DNA from: Corynebacterium glutamicum ATCC 13032
GTDB lineage: Bacteria > Actinomycetota > Actinomycetes > Mycobacteriales > Mycobacteriaceae
Reading direction: 5' to 3'
DNA length: 32,000 nucleotides
Assembly: GCF_000011325.1 (NCBI RefSeq)
Contig: NC_003450.3
Coordinates: 2,160,001 to 2,192,000, forward strand
This document shows positions 16,107 to 25,347 of this stretch, one piece after another. The notes beneath the pieces were generated by a model. The model had not been told where the DNA came from. It ran no database searches and was given only the letters and a program-made list of their open reading frames with translations. The translations under genes and the position numbers were made by a program. Position 1 is the first letter of the stretch; every line of letters starts with the position of its first letter.

Positions 16107-19100
16107 CTAATCGACGAGTCCTGGGTTTCGAGCTCCCAAAACCATTGCCTCCGCGGAGATCAAGTCACCGGTGACAAGGTCTGGCACCAGATCAGCGATT
16201 CGACCCCAACCGGCAGATGCACGATCGAGAGTTCGGGTCTTGCCGATCAATTCGTGTGCATGCAAACGGGATGACAACGCGAACACCAGTGACACAACTG
16301 GGGTGAGTGCCCACATGTTTTCTGGGTTGTCAGTGTTGACACCATCGAGCTTGTCGAATCGAATACGTGCGGAGGAATACAGCTGACGCTGGGTTCCACG
16401 CATGGCACGAAGAAGTTCTACAGCGGTCTTAATCAAGCCTTCAGTCTGGAGAACCTCACGGAGTGCATCGCGCTTCTTGAAGGTTTCGAACACTGCCATG
16501 AGGCGGGTGTTGTCTTCCATTAGTGGTCCAGGAACGATGTCGGCGTTGCTGAAGAACATGTCCAGCAGGGCTTTTTGCTGGGTTTCGTTCATGCCGGCAA
16601 TCGCAACGGTGGATTGGTCGATGCATGCGGTGTCCAAAGTGGAGTCACGGCCAGTTGCAAGGGTGGACAGGATGTTCTTGCCGGCGACTTCCTCAAGTTG
16701 TCCGAGGATTGGCAGCAGTGGTGTGCGGTTGCCAAGCTCTTCGGCTTCCTTGAATGCGCTTGGCAGTGCACCCAGGAGTTGCAGGGTTCCGATCCATGCG
16801 GTGCGGTGCACTTCTGTTGCTGGTGATTCCGTGGTGAACGGTGAGGCTGCCAGTCCGGAGGAAATGACTTTTCCAGGTAGTGCCTGTGCGGGAACCAGCG
16901 AAGCGGACAGACCCTTCAGTGCTGCGGCTGGTGAGGAGCGCAGGGCGGCATGGACTACTGGAAGATGCTCGGTGTTTCCCTGTTCGGTCCAGATATGGGA
17001 AACATCCCAAAGTGCGGGGACCACAGCGTCACTGATTGGTGGTTCTTCTACTTCCCCACCGAAGAATGCTGAAAGCTGTGCATATTCTTCGGTTTGTGCT
17101 GAGTAGTAGCCTTCTTGCTCAACGGTGACCGCAGCTTTTCCTGGTGACAGTGGGGTCACGGAGGTAGTGAATGGGTCAGCGGTGTGGAGTTGAACAATCA
17201 GGTTGCCTGCGCCGACGAGAACTTCAGGGAGTTCCAGCTCTGGTCCGGTGACAGCAAGTTCCACTGCGCTTACCCACGGTGCGGTTTGTGGCCACACCCA
17301 TGCAGCGAGTTGGCGACCGGCTGCGAGTTCTTCGAATACGAGCTTTCCATCTTCGATGGTGATGCCAGTAAAGTTCTCAGTTTTGTCAATGACAGCAATC
17401 GTCACGGAAACGCGACGGTCAACCTTGCGGTCAGTCCACTCAAATTCGATGGATCCGCGTGGCATCACAAAGGTACTGGCTGCGATTTCCTTCATGCTGG
17501 CAATCCAGGTACGGCCGTTGTCAGGGGTGACCATTTTCACGGTTCGCAGTGGTGAACCGTGGTGGTTGCGCACACTGACCTTTGGATCGCCGACATCGAC
17601 ACCGGTGCGGATGCGGAGTTCGCCTGCACCGTCGAGGTCGCGTGGTCCACAGACAGTACGGGTGACGCGCCAGGTTGGTGGCTCGGTGGTCAGTGGAAGT
17701 TCGATGGCGATTTGTGGTGGCACAAATCGCAATGGCATTTGATCGCCTTCATCGGTGGTGACCACGAATGATGCGTTGGGGTCGGTTGCTTCAACGGTGA
17801 CCAGGCGTGGCTCTGCGGTGAAGTGCTTTTCACCGGAACGCACGCGTAGGCTGGCTTCGCTGAGACCAGTGGTGGTTGGGATTCGAAATGATGCACCTGA
17901 GGCGACTTCGAATTCGGTGGTCATGTCTTCGACGATGGCGAATTCGTGTCGGAAGGATTCATTGCGTGGGCCGCGGAGTCGGACCAGGTATTCACCCACC
18001 CATGGGGCGTCGTATATTTCTGGGTCGAAGATGGCGAAAAGGCCACCGTCGGCAGGGACTTCCAAAGGCTCTGGCTCGGCGATTTCTTCACCAGCAGCGC
18101 CTACACCTGCGAAAGCCGAGATGGAGAGCATCCAGGTTTCGTCTTGTCCGCTCAGGGTTGGTGGGAACTCGGCGATCAGGGACTGCGCGTGTACGGGGAG
18201 TCCGGAAATGGATCGTACGTGAGGGACCAATTCGGCTGGGTGGTGGAAGGCAACGCGTCGACGTGGGTCAATGCATCGGACTTCTTTGTTGACCTTCAGA
18301 GAGGACAGGCCACGGGCGTCCACGCGGGAGCACACCCATGAGTTCCAGCCCTCTACGAGGAATTGCTCAATAACTGGTACTGGCTGGCCAGTGACCATGT
18401 CTTCGAGTTTTGCTTCCGCTGGCGCGAGAACGTAAATCTCTTGATGGTGCAGGGAGACCTTGTCGGTGAGGTTTTCACCGCGCGCGGAAAACACCAGCAC
18501 TGGGTCGTTGAAGTCCACGACTGGGACAACCCAGGTGATTTGGTTTGAGGTGTCGGTGACGGTGGTTTCGCGGATTTGACGCTCGACAGTGATGTCGAGG
18601 GCTTCGGAGTATCCAGAAGTATCGCCCCATGCTCGGCGGGTGGAGAAAATCCGGGTGGTGCCTTCTAGGCTGACTCGCCAGTTGATTTCATCGTCGCTGA
18701 CGCGCTGTTCAGGTAGACGCAGGCAGACTTTGCGGCGTTCTGCATCCAGGATGAGGCGTGGGCGAAGCTCACGAAGTGCCACACCAACGGAGTTTTCACG
18801 GTCGGCAGTACCAACTGGGCGTTCCCGAAGTTCCGCCACAACGATCTCATCGATCATGGCTGGCAGTGAGGATTCGCGCTGGCGGTCTGACCAAGAAGTT
18901 CGGTGGGTGGTGGCAAATTCAATGAGTTCTTGAACTCCGCCGATAAGGGTCTGTGCCCACTCAGGGGTTAGGCGCAGGACAGCGTCGAACATGAATGGAT
19001 ATTCGGTGGTGCCGTTTTCCACTTCGGTCAGCACTGCGGCCACTTCGTGGTTACTAATGCCTGCGTGGATGGATAACAACTCCAATGGAGATGCAATTCC

Positions 19101-19481
19101 CTCAGGAACGAGCAGGCCAGCCTGTGCGAAGAGCTTTTCGGTCAACCCTTCAACAACTGCTGCGTGTTCTGCGCTAAGTCCCAGTCCTCCGATGTATTCA
19201 CCGAAGAAATCTGCTGGATCGCTGATCCGTGACGCCCGAGACACCAAGGTGGTGACTGTCAGGCATGGGGTCATTTCAAAAAGATCCCCAAGGCTTGCGC
19301 CCGCGCCTACCTGGCGGGACAAAAAGGTGCCGTAAAACCGATGAATGCGCTCGAGCTCATCGTGTCGCAGCTGAATTTGTGGAAAGTACTCTACCCCTGC
19401 AAGACGCTGGTTCAGATCCAGCTCAGTTTGTGATGCCCATCCGAGCAATGAATCTGTCATGTCTGCGATGCCAGCCGGCAT
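16107..19481 (-). CDS. Large orphan cytoplasmic protein (about 1124 aa) of unknown function.
   Basis: The ORF is uninterrupted. I prefer ATG 19481 as the start because GGGGAGAG lies 7 nt upstream; the maximal ORF starts at TTG 19502. I saw no Walker A, signal peptide, TM segment or recognisable catalytic motif. Codon and GC texture resemble the neighbouring genes. Confidence 0.8.
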   Translation of the reverse strand: MPAGIADMTDSLLGWASQTELDLNQRLAGVEYFPQIQLRHDELERIHRFYGTFLSRQVGAGASLGDLFEMTPCLTVTTLVSRASRISDPADFFGEYIGGLGLSAEHAAVVEGLTEKLFAQAGLLVPEGIASPLELLSIHAGISNHEVAAVLTEVENGTTEYPFMFDAVLRLTPEWAQTLIGGVQELIEFATTHRTSWSDRQRESSLPAMIDEIVVAELRERPVGTADRENSVGVALRELRPRLILDAERRKVCLRLPEQRVSDDEINWRVSLEGTTRIFSTRRAWGDTSGYSEALDITVERQIRETTVTDTSNQITWVVPVVDFNDPVLVFSARGENLTDKVSLHHQEIYVLAPAEAKLEDMVTGQPVPVIEQFLVEGWNSWVCSRVDARGLSSLKVNKEVRCIDPRRRVAFHHPAELVPHVRSISGLPVHAQSLIAEFPPTLSGQDETWMLSISAFAGVGAAGEEIAEPEPLEVPADGGLFAIFDPEIYDAPWVGEYLVRLRGPRNESFRHEFAIVEDMTTEFEVASGASFRIPTTTGLSEASLRVRSGEKHFTAEPRLVTVEATDPNASFVVTTDEGDQMPLRFVPPQIAIELPLTTEPPTWRVTRTVCGPRDLDGAGELRIRTGVDVGDPKVSVRNHHGSPLRTVKMVTPDNGRTWIASMKEIAASTFVMPRGSIEFEWTDRKVDRRVSVTIAVIDKTENFTGITIEDGKLVFEELAAGRQLAAWVWPQTAPWVSAVELAVTGPELELPEVLVGAGNLIVQLHTADPFTTSVTPLSPGKAAVTVEQEGYYSAQTEEYAQLSAFFGGEVEEPPISDAVVPALWDVSHIWTEQGNTEHLPVVHAALRSSPAAALKGLSASLVPAQALPGKVISSGLAASPFTTESPATEVHRTAWIGTLQLLGALPSAFKEAEELGNRTPLLPILGQLEEVAGKNILSTLATGRDSTLDTACIDQSTVAIAGMNETQQKALLDMFFSNADIVPGPLMEDNTRLMAVFETFKKRDALREVLQTEGLIKTAVELLRAMRGTQRQLYSSARIRFDKLDGVNTDNPENMWALTPVVSLVFALSSRLHAHELIGKTRTLDRASAGWGRIADLVPDLVTGDLISAEAMVLGARNPGLVD

Positions 19482-19579
19482 GTATACACTCTCCCCGCGC
19501 AAAAAATGCGTTTTCCTCTAGAACTAATTGTGATGTTTAAACACACTACCCCACTGCAAGCGCTGAAACATCTGTAGCC

Positions 19580-19624
19580 AACCTGCGCTGTGAGCTGGAA
19601 CATCATCCGTGCTCAGCGCAGGTT
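19580..19624 (-). terminator. Hairpin immediately after the smc stop; attenuator or terminator candidate without a clear U-tract.
   Basis: AACCTGCGCTG(T)GAGC (19580-19595) pairs with GCTCAGCGCAGGTT (19611-19624), giving 11+4 bp with one bulge. The structure abuts the TAA at 19625-19627. Confidence 0.45.
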
Positions 19625-22600
19625 TTACCCCGCCACAGTTTCCATTGCAGAAGCAGGTTCCATGCGTTGGGAGATCACGCGGGTAACGCCATCGCCACGC
19701 ATGGTGACGCCGTAGAGTACGTTAGCCACATCCATGGTGGGTTTTTGGTGGGTGATCACAATGAGCTGGGAGTCGCGGCGCAACTCTTCAAACAGTGCGA
19801 TAAGTCGGCGAAGGTTGACATCATCGAGTGCTGCTTCCACCTCATCCATCACGTAGAAAGGGCTGGGTCGGGCGCGGAAAATCGCGACGAGCATGGCTAG
19901 TGCGGTGAGGGATTTTTCGCCACCGGATAGCAGCGATAGGCGCTTGACGCGTTTTCCTGGTGGGCGGGCTTCCACTTCGATGCCGGTTGCCAGCAAATCA
20001 TCGGGCTCGGTGAGGATCAGTTTGCCTTCGCCACCTGGGAACAAGGTGTTGAACACGCGTGGGAATTCTGCTTCCACGTCGTTCCAGGCATCGGTGAAAA
20101 GCTGCAGAATTTTCGCATCGACTTCTTCAATCACGCCGCTCAGATCGGCGCGGGCTTGTTCCACATCGGCCAATTGGGTGGAGAGGAACTCGTAGCGCTC
20201 TTCCAAGGCTTTGAATTCTTCCAAGGCCAGGGGGTTGACTTTGCCTAGTGCGGCGAGGTCTTTTTCGGCTTGTTTGAGGCGTGCCCGTTGGAACTTTTCA
20301 TCAAAGTTTTCATCTGGGGTGTAATCGCGCAGCAATTCTGCGACCGGAATGCCAAGTTGCTCGGTGATTTTGGCAACGGCTTCCTCCATGCGCACTTGAG
20401 CTTGGCTGCGCGCAAGTTCCATGGAGTGGGCGTTGTCGCTGAGTCGATTGAGGTGCTGGCGTGCAGCACTCACAGCATCTTTGGCGCGCGCTAAGTGTGA
20501 GGTCAGCAGCGCTTTGTCGCGGTTGTGCTGATCTCTTTCGATGGCTGCTTGGGCAAGGGCAGCTGAGACACGCTCGGCCACATCGCGTGCGCCATTTTGC
20601 ACGGCTGCAGCCAATTGGGTGCGCCTGCGACGGGCTTCCATGGCTTGTTCATGCCGGATTTTGGCTTGGCGCTCATGCTCGGCCTGGCGTCGCAGACTAT
20701 CGCCCTTGCCCCGCTGCTGCCCGGCGCGCTCTTCGGCGGTGCGTTGGGCAAGGCGTGCTTCCATTTCCATGGCGCGGATTTGTTGCAGCTCGGCATTTGC
20801 TTGGTCGCGGGCGGTGGTTGAGGGTTCGTCAGCGTCTTCTTCGTCTTCCACGCGGGAGAGTCGATCGACGATGTCTTCTAACTGTTCGCGCAGCTCTTCA
20901 CGGCGTGTTTCCGCAGCATGCAGGCGTCCAACATGGCGGACGCGCTCGGATTCGGCGGCCTCATGTTGTTTGTCCAAGCGCGCGAGATCGCGGGTGATGG
21001 AATCCCTGGTCATGTCGAGTTCGCGCAGGGCTGCGGTGCGGGCAGCCACCTCGACGCGAGTGTTGTCGGCAGCGTGGAGGGCGCCATCAAAAGTGCCGGC
21101 AATGTCGTCCAAGGCGGCAGAGGCCGCAGCAAGTTGAGCTTCTGCTTCCTCAATTTGAGCTGTGATTTCCACAGTCGAGGTTTCGGTGCCGACCTGAATC
21201 CACCCAGCGCCGATGAGCACACCATTGCGGTCAACGGCACGCAGACGGGGATCATCCTCGATTGCTTGGCGGCCGAGGGAGGGGTCGTCGACAAGCACAA
21301 CGTCGGCAAGCAGCCGGTTTACCGGGCCGGCAATCGCCGGATCCAGATCAACATGGTCGAGCAGCCAGCTCGCCCCGGCCGGAATGTTCGCGTCCAGGCG
21401 CCATGCGCCGCCAGCCTGCGTGCCATCAACGATGATGGTGCGTGCAACGCCGGCGTCGATAAGCTTCTCGACGAGCCCTTCCGCAGCCTCGCCAGCCAGC
21501 GCCTCGGCATGCGCACCCAGGGCGGCAGCGAGAGCCTTATCGACGTTTCGTTGCGGTCGAATCAACGTGGCCAGCTGCGGGTAATCCACCACATCAGCAG
21601 CATCGGAACGTGGCCTATTTTGGTTAAGCGTCTCAATGCGCGACTGCAACCTGGATACTTCTTTTTCCAGATCGCTGCGCTTAGTACGAAGCTCCTCAAG
21701 ACGAGTCTCTGCTGCTTCGGCTTCATGTTTTGCCTGTTTGAGGGCTTCTTCCAAGGGCGCACGATCCGTGTCAACGCCCTGTTTACGCTCATCGGTGAGG
21801 CGACGTTCACGTTCCACATCCAAAATGCGGCCGATGAACTCCTCAAGCTGCTCACTGAGTCGCTCAGCTTCCTCCTCTGCTGACGTGTGCTGGGTGCGCA
21901 AAGATTCCTCAGATGCAAGCAGGCGCACAACACCTTCACGACGATCAGAAATCGCCCTGACCTGCGCCAAGTGTTCACGCTCAGCCTCACGAGCCTGCGC
22001 GGCCTTATCCTCGGCTTCCTCTTGAATGGAGGTCAAACGCTCGGTGGTCATTTCCACGGCCATCTCGAGTTCTTCTAATTCTTTGTCAGCAGTTTCGGCC
22101 CGACCAAGCAACTCATCAGGATCCTGGCCCGCATACGGCACATCCGCGGCACCTGAACTCGCACGGTCTGCAGCAATACGCATCGTTGCCGACACCCGCT
22201 CAGCCAGCGAAGACAAATCAAACCACAACTGTTGCGCAGCTTCAGCCTGCGGAGTGATCTCCGCCAACTCCATCTCCACTTCCATCTGAGTTGTGGTGGC
22301 TTCTTCCAGCTGCTCTTGTGCTGCTTCCGCCTGCTCACGAATCATTTTCTCGCGCTCAGTAGAGGTTTCCAGCTTTTCCGAGAGCTTCACGATCTCAAAG
22401 CCAGCAATCTGGAAACGCGCATCACGCAAATCAGCCTGCACCGTCGCCGCACGCTGCGCTGCTTCCGCCTGCCTAGCCAACGGCTTGAGCTGCTTGGCCA
22501 ACTCATGGGTCAGATCCTGCAAACGATCAAGATTGACCTGCATGCCCTGAAGTTTGCGCTGCGCCTTTTCTTTCCTGCGCCGGTGCTTGAGCACACCCGC

Positions 22601-23092
22601 AGCTTCTTCGATATACGCTCGGCGCTCTTCGGGGCGGGACTCCAAAATCTCTGCGAGCTTTCCCTGCCCCACCATGATGTGCATTTCACGGCCAATACCG
22701 GTATCCGACAACAGCTCCTGGATATCCATCAATCGAGCTTTCGCCCCATTGATCTCATATTCACTTGCACCATCACGGAACATCCGTCTGGTCACCGACA
22801 CTTCGGTGTACTCAATGGGCAGTGCGCCATCAGAGTTATCAATGGTCAGCGTGACTTCTGCGCGACCCAACGGTTTACGATCGCCCGCGCCAGCAAAAAT
22901 GACATCTTCCATTTTGCCGCCACGCAAGGTCTTCGCAGAACCTTCACCCATCACCCAGGCCAGCGCATCAACCACATTGGATTTGCCTGAACCATTCGGA
23001 CCCACCACGGCACAAATGCCTGGCTCAAATTTCAGGGTCGTCGCAGACGCGAAAGACTTAAACCCCTTGAGCGTCAACGATTTCAAATACAT
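19625..23092 (-). CDS. smc: Chromosome partition protein SMC.
   Basis: The 1155-aa product begins MYLKSLTLKGFKSFA...VVGPNGSGKSNVVDAL (Walker A). It has long coiled coils and a central hinge. The C-terminus carries LSGGEKSLTALA and FYVMDEVEAALD. Confidence 0.97.
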   Translation of the reverse strand: MYLKSLTLKGFKSFASATTLKFEPGICAVVGPNGSGKSNVVDALAWVMGEGSAKTLRGGKMEDVIFAGAGDRKPLGRAEVTLTIDNSDGALPIEYTEVSVTRRMFRDGASEYEINGAKARLMDIQELLSDTGIGREMHIMVGQGKLAEILESRPEERRAYIEEAAGVLKHRRRKEKAQRKLQGMQVNLDRLQDLTHELAKQLKPLARQAEAAQRAATVQADLRDARFQIAGFEIVKLSEKLETSTEREKMIREQAEAAQEQLEEATTTQMEVEMELAEITPQAEAAQQLWFDLSSLAERVSATMRIAADRASSGAADVPYAGQDPDELLGRAETADKELEELEMAVEMTTERLTSIQEEAEDKAAQAREAEREHLAQVRAISDRREGVVRLLASEESLRTQHTSAEEEAERLSEQLEEFIGRILDVERERRLTDERKQGVDTDRAPLEEALKQAKHEAEAAETRLEELRTKRSDLEKEVSRLQSRIETLNQNRPRSDAADVVDYPQLATLIRPQRNVDKALAAALGAHAEALAGEAAEGLVEKLIDAGVARTIIVDGTQAGGAWRLDANIPAGASWLLDHVDLDPAIAGPVNRLLADVVLVDDPSLGRQAIEDDPRLRAVDRNGVLIGAGWIQVGTETSTVEITAQIEEAEAQLAAASAALDDIAGTFDGALHAADNTRVEVAARTAALRELDMTRDSITRDLARLDKQHEAAESERVRHVGRLHAAETRREELREQLEDIVDRLSRVEDEEDADEPSTTARDQANAELQQIRAMEMEARLAQRTAEERAGQQRGKGDSLRRQAEHERQAKIRHEQAMEARRRRTQLAAAVQNGARDVAERVSAALAQAAIERDQHNRDKALLTSHLARAKDAVSAARQHLNRLSDNAHSMELARSQAQVRMEEAVAKITEQLGIPVAELLRDYTPDENFDEKFQRARLKQAEKDLAALGKVNPLALEEFKALEERYEFLSTQLADVEQARADLSGVIEEVDAKILQLFTDAWNDVEAEFPRVFNTLFPGGEGKLILTEPDDLLATGIEVEARPPGKRVKRLSLLSGGEKSLTALAMLVAIFRARPSPFYVMDEVEAALDDVNLRRLIALFEELRRDSQLIVITHQKPTMDVANVLYGVTMRGDGVTRVISQRMEPASAMETVAG

Positions 23093-23106
23093 AACGGGGT
23101 TAAAGT

Positions 23107-23391
23107 CTAGCGCTCCACAAAGCCTTCAACGTCACGCGGCTCGCCCCATTGCTCAATAACTGTGTCCACATGACCTGGTCTGCGATACGAGCTGGGGTTT
23201 TCCTTCAACCTTCTCAGCAGTTCTTCGCACTGTGTTTGTGGCCCTTCAGCAACCACGCACACCCGGCCGTCACTTAAATTACTGGCAGAACCTGCAAGTT
23301 TTAATTCTCGTGCCTGCGAGGTAGTCCACCATCGAAAACCCACGCCCTGGACATGACCATGAACAAAAGCAGTCAGACGAACTTTCTCCAT
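23107..23391 (-). CDS. acyP: Acylphosphatase.
   Basis: The 94-aa product contains VHGHVQGVGFRWWT and GSASNLSDGRVCVVAEG, the acylphosphatase signatures. AGGAGA lies 6 nt upstream of the ATG. Confidence 0.9.
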   Translation of the reverse strand: MEKVRLTAFVHGHVQGVGFRWWTTSQARELKLAGSASNLSDGRVCVVAEGPQTQCEELLRRLKENPSSYRRPGHVDTVIEQWGEPRDVEGFVER

Positions 23392-23401
23392 TGTGTTTCT
23401 C

Positions 23402-25258
23402 CTAATCAGTTTTCTTAGCCCGCAGTTTTAGAAACGGTGTTGGGGCTGGTGGTTCGAGTTCTTCAAACCAGCCAGGTTCCATCCCATGATCGCTCAAATA
23501 CTTCAACGCCCGCTCAATAGTCGAACGCTGCTGCTCGAAAGCTTTCAAAATGGGCGAAGAACTATCCGACACGTTTTTCACACGCGTGTGCTCCCGCACA
23601 ATCAGACGTTCTGCCTCCGCGAATTCTTCCCACACCTCATGAGTTCTATCTATCTCATGGCGCTGCCACAAAATAGCCAAACTTAGCTTCTGTACAACGA
23701 GCGCTTCGATCTCTTCCGTGGTGTTCACCGAGCTCAACACCCCAGCGGTTAAACTGCCGCCACCAACTGTGAGCAGTGTTCCTGCAGTGACCAAACCGCC
23801 CATCATCCCACCTGGACCAAATGCTGCGAGTGTCGAGGCAACAGTGGCTACTCCAGCAACAGTCGGCACAGCCGCCAAAGCCAAACCACCCGTTGCAGCG
23901 GTCAAAGCTGCAGCCCCCACACCAAACGCTCCCCATTTGCGCCAATTGCTCTTCGCGCTTCCCGACACCACCCCAACAGCCATTTGCAATGCATCAAAAA
24001 TATCAGCGCCCACGGTGGAACCCAATTGAGTTTCCGCCGTGAAATCCCTCAGTGCTTCCCGCTGAATTTTCTCCGGCACCTCGATCTCAAAAGGCAGCAG
24101 CAGGTTCTGTCCAATGATCTCTAAAAGCCGCTCAATTGCCTGCTCTTTGGGCATAAATGGGCTCAAACCTGGAACAGGAGCTGCTGCGTTTGGATCACCG
24201 TTATCAAAATCCAGGCGTGCGATTTCCTTCGGAATCGGCCGGCCCTCTTCGGCGTTTCTGGATTTAATCTCCTCAATCAGGCGATCCTGAGTCTCCCGAA
24301 GTGCGTACTCATACCTTAAGGCTTCATCGCCTTTGAGCCGTTGCAAAATGAGGTAACAATAACGCAGCGCCTGCAGCACAAAAATCTCCGCGTCATTGAG
24401 CGGAATCTGCAGATTTTTCTCCGCAAGGACGATTTCTTTGCTGCGCGATCCGAACAGCCCAAACCCAATTGCTTCCGCCACTGCATCATTGGCACAGTAT
24501 TCCCGCGAAGAATGCCCAGGGCCTGGGACCAGTGAGGTTTTCACACGAAAATCCAATACCCACGGAACAGCCACCGACACTCCGCGTTTTGCTGCAACAG
24601 GATCAGATCCACTCCAAAAATTCACCCACCACGACACATTGCTCAACGGCGTGCGCAGCAACTTAAACAAATCATCCACATTGAATTGACCATTTGCCAA
24701 CGGACTACCGATGGTGACAAATCCCTTCACCGTAAGCTCTGGCGGCAATCGCCTCAAAAGGTCTGCAGCAATTACCGACCCCAAACTGTGCCCCAACAGC
24801 ACAATCTCTCCCTCGGTTGGAAGCTGCTCCAAAATACGGCGATGCACTTGAGCTCTGATCTGCTGATTGTTGAGGAAATTCCGGGCCTGTACAAAAAGTG
24901 GCAACTCCACGCTTCGAGACACCACCGCCTCAGGAAATGCGCCACCCGCTCCCCGATTATGCCGACCAAGCCTGGTTTCCATCGCAGCTGTTCGACGCTC
25001 GAACTCTAAAAGCTCCAAGCCACTTAACGTCATATGTTTTTGTACCGGTGGCACCGCAAAATTATGTTGAGCTTCCGGATCTTCCCACAAATCATCTGCG
25101 TATACCGGATTTAAGACAGTGACATCATCCAGGCTCGGAAACCCAATCCTGGCCAACCCCTGCGAAAGCTGGTCTTTCCACTCTTGTTTGAGATCTCCCC
25201 GACCCACCCCATGCAAATAGACAAGAGTTGGTGTTGTCACAATTGCCCCACTTTCCAC
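23402..25258 (-). CDS. Alpha/beta-hydrolase (lipase/esterase-like, GxSxG) fused to a helical middle region, a Gly/Ala-rich hydrophobic segment and a C-terminal helical tail.
   Basis: The sequence has LVYLHGVG, the nucleophile elbow IVLLGHSLGSVIAADLL and FVTIGSPL. Later comes WGAFGVGAAALTAATGGLALAAVPTVAGVATVASTLAAFGPGGMMGGLVTAGTLLTVGGGSLTAGVL, probably 2-3 TM helices. The start is GTG 25258, with GTG 25240 as an alternative. Confidence 0.7.
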   Translation of the reverse strand: MESGAIVTTPTLVYLHGVGRGDLKQEWKDQLSQGLARIGFPSLDDVTVLNPVYADDLWEDPEAQHNFAVPPVQKHMTLSGLELLEFERRTAAMETRLGRHNRGAGGAFPEAVVSRSVELPLFVQARNFLNNQQIRAQVHRRILEQLPTEGEIVLLGHSLGSVIAADLLRRLPPELTVKGFVTIGSPLANGQFNVDDLFKLLRTPLSNVSWWVNFWSGSDPVAAKRGVSVAVPWVLDFRVKTSLVPGPGHSSREYCANDAVAEAIGFGLFGSRSKEIVLAEKNLQIPLNDAEIFVLQALRYCYLILQRLKGDEALRYEYALRETQDRLIEEIKSRNAEEGRPIPKEIARLDFDNGDPNAAAPVPGLSPFMPKEQAIERLLEIIGQNLLLPFEIEVPEKIQREALRDFTAETQLGSTVGADIFDALQMAVGVVSGSAKSNWRKWGAFGVGAAALTAATGGLALAAVPTVAGVATVASTLAAFGPGGMMGGLVTAGTLLTVGGGSLTAGVLSSVNTTEEIEALVVQKLSLAILWQRHEIDRTHEVWEEFAEAERLIVREHTRVKNVSDSSSPILKAFEQQRSTIERALKYLSDHGMEPGWFEELEPPAPTPFLKLRAKKTD

Positions 25259-25347
25259 CGTTTTCCGCCGTTGGAGTTAATGATTAATCAACGCTCGACC
25301 GGTCCAATTAGTTCCACTGATGTTGGTTTATGCCTTTAGGGTTCTAC

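Noticed and set aside
15649-16174. ORFs 15649-15867 (-) and 15821-16174 (+) in the second repeat gap.
   Set aside because: The peptides (MPTNFTF... and MPTNLKF...) simply reflect the repeated ATGCC(C)A(A/C)GAA heads read on either strand. They are basic and Cys-rich, and one overlaps the orphan gene's 3' end. I saw no SD.
16107-23092. The idea that smc plus the adjacent large orphan gene form a Wadjet/MksBEFG-type condensin-like defence system.
   Set aside because: This smc is the canonical housekeeping copy, at 1155 aa and flanked by acyP and ftsY as in other actinobacteria. There are no kleisin, MksE/F/G or JetA/B/D-like partner genes, and the orphan protein shows no Toprim or nuclease motif.
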